The position numbers were made by a program, and so were the translations under genes. Positions 55,276-62,439 of a stretch of DNA of 64,000 nt are shown here, one piece after another. Origin of the DNA: a virus (taxonomy: Duplodnaviria; Heunggongvirae; Uroviricota; Caudoviricetes); IMG/VR virus record IMGVR_UViG_3300044796_000394. One strand, given 5' to 3'. Below the pieces are notes generated by a model that was not told where the DNA came from, did not search any database, and saw only the letters and a program-made list of their open reading frames with translations. How positions within the stretch are numbered: the stretch's first letter is position 1; every line of letters begins with the position of its first letter.

Positions 55276-55387
55276 GGAAAGTTGGCTGAGAGGTTTAAGG
55301 CTCTCGACTGAAAATCGAGCGATCCAACGGGGTGTGTCTGATAACTTGCCCCCAGTAGATTCGTGGGTTCGAATCCCGCACTTTCCG
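55276..55387 (+). tRNA. tRNA with Ser-type body, GAA (Phe) anticodon and 43-nt variable arm
   Basis: GGAAAGT/ACTTTCC acceptor, G73, D arm GCTGAGAGGTTTAAGGC, CTCGA-CTGAAAA-TCGAG, GTGGG-TTCGAAT-CCCGC. Confidence 0.85.
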
Positions 55388-55609
55388 TTTACATATTATA
55401 TATTAGCGATATTTGAATTTTATTTTTCAAAATATTAATCTATTTAAATCACAACTTCGGTAGGTGCCCAATCCAATTTCGGCAGTTCTGTTTCCAATAA
55501 ACGTTGAGCGAGTTTTTCAATTCGCTCAACTTCTTCTGTTTTGTTTTTGACTTTTTTTGATTCCAACCATATTTCCTTGATCATCAATCTTTCGTATTCG
55601 TCAAGCATA

Positions 55610-56158
55610 TCATCTCTCGATAAAGTTCGGATTGTAGAGATATTTTTTCTGCAATTTGTTATAAACGTATTTGTAAACCTTGGGAGCATCTGCCGTACTG
55701 CCTTGCCATACATCTTGATGGAATGGACTTAATCTATGACCCAGAATTTCTGCTTGCGGAACTTCGCCTTTGGCGGCATGTGCATTGGCATACAAATCCG
55801 GTGACGAAGGACGAGATATTGGTTTAGGGGGCGTATAAACAGGTCGTTGTGCCGGTTGGGGGACTCTGTTACTCTTGCTGTTGGATACAGTGGTTTTGAG
55901 ATACTGATCAATACCATCAAGCATAATGGCAGAAACGGCTTGTGGTGTTAATTGCCCTCGTCCTGATTTTTCTTTGATTGTAGCTTGAACCATATTCCAC
56001 CAAGAATCACCCAATGTAGGACTGGCTAATACCTTATTGACCTTCTCTTTATCATGCGGACTCATTATTTGATGAGCCTGCATGGCCAAGTTTTCAACAC
56101 CTTGATTATCTTCGTGTAAAGTAATAGATTTCTTAAAGTAAAATTCTTGCCATTTCAT
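55610..56158 (-). CDS. putative internal head protein
   Basis: Leader MKWQEFYF...LHE; TAAATA 7 nt upstream. Confidence 0.6.
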   Translation of the reverse strand: MKWQEFYFKKSITLHEDNQGVENLAMQAHQIMSPHDKEKVNKVLASPTLGDSWWNMVQATIKEKSGRGQLTPQAVSAIMLDGIDQYLKTTVSNSKSNRVPQPAQRPVYTPPKPISRPSSPDLYANAHAAKGEVPQAEILGHRLSPFHQDVWQGSTADAPKVYKYVYNKLQKKYLYNPNFIER

Positions 56159-56188
56159 ATGCTGGTATTTACCTATGAAGATAGAAAA

Positions 56189-56839
56189 TCAATAAGCTTT
56201 AAATTTTTCATTGATTTTTTCTATCGCTTCTACTGGATCGGCATGAGACAGAATTGGTCTACCGACAACAAAATAATCGGCATTAATATCAACATCCGCC
56301 AAACGCTTTTGATCGTCAAATGCTACTTTACCAAACGGACGGAAGCCGGGACAAATCGCTTTTAGGTCTAATGCTTTGTATATATCGCATTCACGACCAG
56401 CGCAGACCACAGTGGTAATACCAATTTCACGGAATGTTTCTGTAAATCTCTGTACTGGATAACCACGGTAGATAGTTCTCACAGAATCATCGTCGAGGCT
56501 CGTCAGTGTCGTTACAGCGGCAATGGTGGTCTTTCTACCCGAAACAGCATTGAGAGCGTGTTTGAGCATATCGGCCCCGCCACTAGCGTGTACTGTGATA
56601 ATACTGGCACCGGCTTTGGATAATCTTGATGCAGCGTTGAAAACCGTACCGGGCGTGTCGTGAAGTTTAGGATCGGCAAAAACTTCGCCGTAATTGCGTA
56701 ATTCTTTAATGACCTGAACGCCGTATTCCAGCAATAGATCATTAACTTTAAATCCCCACACTTTACCAGAAAACATTTTGGCAAAACCAATGGCTGTTTC
56801 CATTGGCATATCATCCAATGCGACAATTAACTGTTTCAT
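56189..56839 (-). CDS. pyrF: orotidine-5'-phosphate decarboxylase
   Basis: LIVALD, GFKV, FADPKLHDTPGTV (DxKxxD), ITVHASGG, VTTLTS, CPGFRP, VVGRPI. Confidence 0.93.
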   Translation of the reverse strand: MKQLIVALDDMPMETAIGFAKMFSGKVWGFKVNDLLLEYGVQVIKELRNYGEVFADPKLHDTPGTVFNAASRLSKAGASIITVHASGGADMLKHALNAVSGRKTTIAAVTTLTSLDDDSVRTIYRGYPVQRFTETFREIGITTVVCAGRECDIYKALDLKAICPGFRPFGKVAFDDQKRLADVDINADYFVVGRPILSHADPVEAIEKINEKFKAY

Positions 56840-57114
56840 GAGAATCCCGCTATACTAAGGAGGATTGTACTATAATCCAAAAAGTATAGGAAATAAAGGC
56901 CAATTAATGTTTGTATACTCTCGTATGATTGACAACAATGTTTGTCAATATTACCACAACAGTGTCAAAAGATCAGCTATCTATTTTTTTGGTGATAATT
57001 GGCAAATGCGATTACTAGACAAAAATAGAGTCATAGAAACAATCGAAGAATGTTCCCATGACTCTATGCATGCTAATATTGAAACTATGAAAAGATGGAT
57101 TATCTTAGGTGAAA

Positions 57115-57915
57115 TTAGTCGCTAATCTTAGTTAACAGGGTTTCAAAACATTTTTCCCAATCGCCCTTGATCAATCTAGTTGTCGGATACCACAAACCAT
57201 CCCATCTCGCATCTGGCTCATCCGGCCCTAATAGTACATACGTCCGTTTACCCATAGCACCCGCTAAATGAACCGCACCCGTATCCACAGATACTACATA
57301 ATCCAGCGAATTGATCAATTTAGCAGTATCGTACCAGTCAGTGATCGTAACGCCATTGAGAGGAAAATCTTCGGCACCTTTAACCAAATCCCAATTATTG
57401 ATACTTGGCTGAATGTGGAAAAGGTTAACGCCTTTGTCTACAAGTGGCTTAAAGAATTTCAGAGGACAGGATCGTTGAACATTTCTCGGATGGTCTGGAT
57501 TGCCTTCCCAAGCAATACCGACATTGATCCCCTTGGGAATTTCCGTCTTTTCCGTCAGAATAATATAAGGTTCCAACGGAATTGGTTTATGTAACAAGAA
57601 AGGCAGACTTAGAGAACATATGTGGTAATCATTATAAGGCAGCACATCACCGCCTTTTTCCAAAAAGCCATACCCCAAGTGTTTTACGATACGCTCCATT
57701 TCCATCGGTGCGTGCAGCGTAATAGACTTAGGGGTTTGTTCCTTCAAAAAACGCAGGAATCGCAAAAACATAATCTGATCGCCAATTCCCTGCTCCATGT
57801 ATACAATAACATCTTTATTGTTAAGATTTTCACCGTACCACCGACGACTATACAAGTAAGTCTTTCGGTAGTACTCCATTTTTGGTTCGCTAAATCGTTC
57901 TATGTAATCACGCAT
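57115..57915 (-). CDS. glycosyltransferase family 9-like protein
   Basis: EQGIGDQIMFLRF, VGIAWEGNP, DYVVSVDTGAVHLAGAMG, WYP; start MRDY at 57915. Confidence 0.85.
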   Translation of the reverse strand: MRDYIERFSEPKMEYYRKTYLYSRRWYGENLNNKDVIVYMEQGIGDQIMFLRFLRFLKEQTPKSITLHAPMEMERIVKHLGYGFLEKGGDVLPYNDYHICSLSLPFLLHKPIPLEPYIILTEKTEIPKGINVGIAWEGNPDHPRNVQRSCPLKFFKPLVDKGVNLFHIQPSINNWDLVKGAEDFPLNGVTITDWYDTAKLINSLDYVVSVDTGAVHLAGAMGKRTYVLLGPDEPDARWDGLWYPTTRLIKGDWEKCFETLLTKISD

Positions 57916-57919
57916 GATA

Positions 57920-58432
57920 TTACTTCTTTTCAATAACGAAATCAAAAGTTCCCATATCGCCCGCTTGATTGATAACACGGCTCTTATCAAACCAGTGATC
58001 CGTCTCATTGTATTTGTCATCAGCAAAATACAACTGCGTAGTTAAGTTTTTGTAGCTCTTTAGGGAAACCTTGGCGTGAATGTGCGAACAGCGGAATTCA
58101 GTTTCGGAGATTGAGTAATCGCCGGGAATAATCGTATGAAGCGAGTACTTGCCATCTTTATCTGTAATGACCTTACCACGGAAGTTAAAGCCATCATTGT
58201 CATAAACGCCCGCTGCATCGGCTTGCCAGAAATCCAAGAGGACACCACCTACAGGATCACCGTTAACATCAAGTACTCGACCTGACAAATGAAGTGATGG
58301 TTGTTCGCAGAGAGTGTTGCGGAAAGGCGCCTTCGCTTTGTAAAACGGCCCTAGAATATCAGCACCAGTAGGAGTGAGCATTTCGGAAGCCTTTTTGGTA
58401 ATAAACTTTTGATATTCAAAATTCTGTGTCAT
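57920..58432 (-). CDS. intradiol ring-cleavage dioxygenase-like protein
   Basis: GPFY, WQADAAGVYD, FRG..TD.DG.Y...TI.PGDY, RCSHIH, TTQLYF (2 Tyr/2 His Fe ligands). Confidence 0.88.
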   Translation of the reverse strand: MTQNFEYQKFITKKASEMLTPTGADILGPFYKAKAPFRNTLCEQPSLHLSGRVLDVNGDPVGGVLLDFWQADAAGVYDNDGFNFRGKVITDKDGKYSLHTIIPGDYSISETEFRCSHIHAKVSLKSYKNLTTQLYFADDKYNETDHWFDKSRVINQAGDMGTFDFVIEKK

Positions 58433-58449
58433 TGTACTTTATCTTTTCA

Positions 58450-58986
58450 TTAGAAAATAGGGTAATCTCTCTTAGGCTGAGGTACGTTTCCTTCACCTGT
58501 CGTTGTCGTTTCTTGGAATCTCTCACAAATAATCTGTAAGTGGAGAGCACCCCACATTTGGAACTGAGTTAACCTAGTATCTACTACCACCCAATTTTCA
58601 CTTAGGTGTGGCGTATGGATTCTGGAGCCACGTTTGGGTTGATGCCCAATCGCTGCTACCACGGCTCGTACATTACACTCAAACACCACATCGCCAATCC
58701 CATCGATACCGAATTGGGTTGAAGGATTTTGCGGTTCAATTGGTTCGTACATTCCGAAAATTTGAATTGGCACAGGACTCCACAACTTACTACGATCTTC
58801 TACGTAAAGTGGGTCAATGTTTTGTATTTGAATCAGCACTTCGTAATAAAACAAAGGACTGCCATAAGCCATAATGAGCTCTTGGTCATAACGATTGAAT
58901 AGATCGTGAGCCTGATTCATCGGGTCAAATTGGTTAATTGAACCGGTGAGTTGATAGGGAGTGCCATCTGGATTGCGGATTGCCAT
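58450..58986 (-). CDS. gp14: neck/head-closure protein, T4 gp14-like
   Basis: ELIMAYG...DPLYVED...TQFGI...PKRGSRI; TAAATA 4 nt upstream. Confidence 0.72.
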   Translation of the reverse strand: MAIRNPDGTPYQLTGSINQFDPMNQAHDLFNRYDQELIMAYGSPLFYYEVLIQIQNIDPLYVEDRSKLWSPVPIQIFGMYEPIEPQNPSTQFGIDGIGDVVFECNVRAVVAAIGHQPKRGSRIHTPHLSENWVVVDTRLTQFQMWGALHLQIICERFQETTTTGEGNVPQPKRDYPIF

Positions 58987-59001
58987 ACTATATTTATCGT
59001 T

Positions 59002-59379
59002 ATGAAGAAATATTCAACAATCACAATGATCAATAAAAACACGGAGTTAGTTGCCGAAAGACCTATCCTGCGTCCCTATTTGAATAATGGAAAATTAAGC
59101 TTTGAATTTGCTGATAATAATGACTTGGAAAAATTAGGCAAATATCTTTCCGAATATTACAATAAACCTGACTTTAATCCAAAATTAGTACCACCGTTAA
59201 GTTTGTTTTACAAAACTTACGAAGAGGGTCAACTTGAAACAATGTGGATTATCAAAGGTGCTCAGTTAATTGATCTCATTTTTGATGCAGTAGACTTCAC
59301 AGAATTGCCAACTCTTGAACTCGTATTTTCATTCTCAGATTACACATTTAGAAATGTCTACCTAGAACATATCGTCTAA
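59002..59379 (+). CDS. hypothetical protein
   Basis: ORF fills gap between two minus-strand genes; start uncertain. Confidence 0.5.
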   Translation: MKKYSTITMINKNTELVAERPILRPYLNNGKLSFEFADNNDLEKLGKYLSEYYNKPDFNPKLVPPLSLFYKTYEEGQLETMWIIKGAQLIDLIFDAVDFTELPTLELVFSFSDYTFRNVYLEHIV

Positions 59380-59778
59380 TTACTTGGCACCCAATACAGG
59401 TGTAATCTTAATTCTTTGACCCGAAGAACCATCTAACATTACCGGAGCGTTAGGAAATCTTTCGGCAAGCAAAACAGTTGTACCAGCATTGTCGGTAATC
59501 ATATAACCGTAAGTGATAACTGCGCTGTTGAATGTCCAAATCTGTTCAGCAAAAACCGCCGTATAATTACCAGTCAAGTCGTCAATGACGTAATCCCAAT
59601 CACTAGGGGATAGCAATTTCGTTGTGTAATCCGGATGAATAACTTCTTGATATATGCCTGAATTATCAGTCTTACTTGGCGTATGATCGTTAGAATAAAG
59701 CTTCAATCGCAAAATCTGATTTTGCGTCATTGTGCCTAAAATGAAAAGCTGGCCGTTTAATAATGTGGTGAAACTCAT
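59380..59778 (-). CDS. putative virion structural protein
   Basis: LKLYSNDHTP...FAEQIWTF...YGYMITD; TATATA 6 nt upstream. Confidence 0.6.
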   Translation of the reverse strand: MSFTTLLNGQLFILGTMTQNQILRLKLYSNDHTPSKTDNSGIYQEVIHPDYTTKLLSPSDWDYVIDDLTGNYTAVFAEQIWTFNSAVITYGYMITDNAGTTVLLAERFPNAPVMLDGSSGQRIKITPVLGAK

Positions 59779-59840
59779 ATTTGATATATAGTTAATCGAA
59801 AAATTAACGTCTAACGTCTCAATAAGAAAAGGAGGTTAAT

Positions 59841-60380
59841 TTGACAATCAAAAAAAAAGATGGAACGGATTTTCGCCTCCAAGGGCCAAATCCCATCATG
59901 ACAGAACAAGAGTTGTGGGACAAATACACTTTGCACAACTTTGCGAGTGACGAAGAGTTCATTCACGCAGCGCCAACACTTCCAACATTTGAAAGTTTGG
60001 ATGATGTTCAAACCGAAGAAATTGAAGTATCCGTTAAAGAAACTCCTGTACCACCACAACCACCTAAAAAGAAGCACCCCGACAAAAATACTATTCGTGT
60101 TTTGTGTTTGCCAGCAACCTTCCAGCAAACCATAGATCCTGTTTATGGTGAAACAAAAAGCACGCTTATGTACGGACGACAATTTGCTTTTGATTGCGAG
60201 GTCGAAGATACCAACGACATAACCTGTCGCCTAAAAACGAACCTTATGATGGTGGAAAAACAAAGCATCATATTCTTTCCAAAAGAAAGACGTTGGTGGA
60301 AAGTTGCTTCGGCAGAAAAGAATAAAGATGTTCTTATATTGAATTGTTTGTTATCCGACATTCAACCATCGTTTACCTAA
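59841..60380 (+). CDS. hypothetical protein, N-terminus paralogous to the gp14-like gene
   Basis: AGGAGG SD, TTG start; IKKKDGTDFRLQGPNP vs IRNPDGTPYQLTGSIN; also IDPVYGE vs IDPLYVE. Confidence 0.65.
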   Translation: MTIKKKDGTDFRLQGPNPIMTEQELWDKYTLHNFASDEEFIHAAPTLPTFESLDDVQTEEIEVSVKETPVPPQPPKKKHPDKNTIRVLCLPATFQQTIDPVYGETKSTLMYGRQFAFDCEVEDTNDITCRLKTNLMMVEKQSIIFFPKERRWWKVASAEKNKDVLILNCLLSDIQPSFT

Positions 60381-60630
60381 CTTCATTGGTCAGTTGTAGG
60401 CTAATACCGTGCTTTTCAAATTCTTCACGGCAATCATCATACGCTTTTAGATAACCTGCTTCATAAACATCAATCATCATTTGAACGAAATTGCGAAAAT
60501 CGGTTTCTGTAATAATTTGATGCGCAGTTCGCTCTAAAATATCATTATGATTTTCTGCTTTCTCGGTACCCATGAACTTAACTGTATATTCTTTGATAGC
60601 TACCAAATAGCGGTTCGGCGTTTGAAACAA
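60373..60630 (-). CDS. hypothetical protein
   Basis: GAGGTG SD, TTG start. Confidence 0.55.
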   Translation of the reverse strand: MFQTPNRYLVAIKEYTVKFMGTEKAENHNDILERTAHQIITETDFRNFVQMMIDVYEAGYLKAYDDCREEFEKHGISLQLTNEVR

Positions 60631-60638
60631 GGTTCACC

Positions 60639-61211
60639 TCACAAAATTTTGTATTTTTTCTTGGGCCTGAAAACGATTTTGCCCGACTCAACCAACCAAC
60701 TCATTCTCTCATAAATATTGTCTGGTCTGGTTTTTAACTCTTCTGCATTATTGGATATATACTCGTTAAATACATTCACCTTTGATTGATCTTCATTATT
60801 CATAGGTCGGACAACCGCTGTTCTTTTGACCACTAACAACATAGCAATAGGGTCGTGTTTCTTAACCTTTAAATCGGTTTTTGCGAACCATAATCTCAAC
60901 CCACCTATCCACCAATCGGTCTGAAATCCGGTTGGCATAACCACTGGTGCTTGGCCCGTAATTGCCAAGGGGTGTGTTACCAAAACTAAATTCGTATCAT
61001 CCGGAGTCAACAATTCGGCCTTAATATTTAATTCATAAATACCCGGAAAGATTTCGGTCGGATTCCATTCTTCGCCCGGAAACAACAACTCATACGCCGA
61101 TGAAGCCATATCCCTGTAGCAGCCGTGAAGATACGGTTGTTGTTCGCCGCCTTTCAAATTAGGCGTACTAATTTGAAAGGGGCGTATCCAATCTTGGCTA
61201 AACTTGATCAT
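60639..61211 (-). CDS. hypothetical protein (DUF6065-like, tentative)
   Basis: TGFQTDWW...KKHDPIAMLLVV pattern. Confidence 0.55.
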   Translation of the reverse strand: MIKFSQDWIRPFQISTPNLKGGEQQPYLHGCYRDMASSAYELLFPGEEWNPTEIFPGIYELNIKAELLTPDDTNLVLVTHPLAITGQAPVVMPTGFQTDWWIGGLRLWFAKTDLKVKKHDPIAMLLVVKRTAVVRPMNNEDQSKVNVFNEYISNNAEELKTRPDNIYERMSWLVESGKIVFRPKKKYKIL

Positions 61212-61232
61212 GTATACCTAAATAGGAGTTAT

Positions 61233-62207
61233 ATGTCGGATAAATTTCTCAATGACTGTGCCGAACCTAATCCAATAGATCCAAGACTGGATATTGATCC
61301 TGTTAATCCCGATTGTCCAGATTGCGACCGGGAGCCAAGCCAAAAAGACGTTCCCCTTCTTCAAGATAACCGACATAACAAAACCGGCCTTGGCAGAGCG
61401 GCCAATTGCGATCCTATGCAATCTGGTCATATTGTTGACGACTTCAAGCAAGACCCAAAAAGACTCCAAGAACCTTGGATGGCTTCTTATATTCCACGTT
61501 ATAGCAAAGCTAAGCGTGGTTGTGATGAAGCTGTTAAAGATTTATTTGAAGACATTGTGGTTATTGACGAGCAAGGTAGTGCACATAAAGTTCCGATTAT
61601 ATGGGCAACACAAGAGCGGGCAGTAGCAGCAATCATTCAGCCAAACGTTCGAAAAGACGATAGTACGGTAGTGGATCGCATACGTTTACCTATGCTGGCA
61701 ATCTATGATAGCGACTTTTCTATCAATAACGACAGATACATTTATCACGGTGCCGTTGACTATCTTCGCAATCGCCGTGCCGATGGTAAACCGGGCCTAA
61801 CAACTCAAGAAGAACGACCACGTGATACCATCTTTGGTGTAACCCGTGGTTTGCCAGTGGACATTGGATATACGCTGTTTGCGTGGACTCTTTACAAAGA
61901 GGATATGAACCAGATCCTAGAGCAAATTGTATTAAAATTTTCACCGATAGCATACATAAAAGTGCAAGGCGTATATTGGGAGACAATCGTTAAGCTTGAG
62001 TCGATAGCCAACAATGAAAACTTGGAACCCGGCGGAAATAATCTCCGTGTTATCAAGTGGCAATTCAACTTGCGTGCCGAAACGTTTATTCCACAACCGA
62101 TTGTTCGTAAGAAGTCAGTTCTTCAAACGAGAATCAATGTGGTAGACGATATCGACGACAAGGAAATTACCGGCATCATTGCCAGACTTGAAACTTCGGC
62201 GGAATGA
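61233..62207 (+). CDS. gp15: tail completion/sheath stabiliser, T4 gp15-like
   Basis: KVPIIWATQER, RLPMLAI, PVDIGYTL, DMNQILEQIVLKF; TAAATA and AGGAG before ATG 61233. Confidence 0.85.
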   Translation: MSDKFLNDCAEPNPIDPRLDIDPVNPDCPDCDREPSQKDVPLLQDNRHNKTGLGRAANCDPMQSGHIVDDFKQDPKRLQEPWMASYIPRYSKAKRGCDEAVKDLFEDIVVIDEQGSAHKVPIIWATQERAVAAIIQPNVRKDDSTVVDRIRLPMLAIYDSDFSINNDRYIYHGAVDYLRNRRADGKPGLTTQEERPRDTIFGVTRGLPVDIGYTLFAWTLYKEDMNQILEQIVLKFSPIAYIKVQGVYWETIVKLESIANNENLEPGGNNLRVIKWQFNLRAETFIPQPIVRKKSVLQTRINVVDDIDDKEITGIIARLETSAE

Positions 62208-62217
62208 AAAAACAGAC

Positions 62218-62421
62218 ATGATTGAAATTACAAATACGCAAATGGGTCCGATACAAATTGTGGTTCGCTCAAAACGAAAGTTAAGGGCATTCACAACAAT
62301 GACCATCCCTGGCCGTGGGTCGAGTAAAAATAAAGTTTACATCGAGGATGAGTCGGTCACTGATTATATACAGTTAGTGGAAAAACACGGCCTAATTTCC
62401 ACAAGGCGAATTACAGAGTAA
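62218..62421 (+). CDS. small structural-module protein
   Basis: 67 aa between gp15 and sheath. Confidence 0.6.
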   Translation: MIEITNTQMGPIQIVVRSKRKLRAFTTMTIPGRGSSKNKVYIEDESVTDYIQLVEKHGLISTRRITE

Positions 62422-62439
62422 AGTAGGGAGATCTAAACA

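Noticed and set aside
55276-55387. Ordinary tRNA-Ser(UGA), or an intron-containing tRNA
   Set aside because: TGA would occupy positions 33-35 of the 7-nt loop, not 34-36; the extra sequence shows no bulge-helix-bulge and is far too short for a group I intron.
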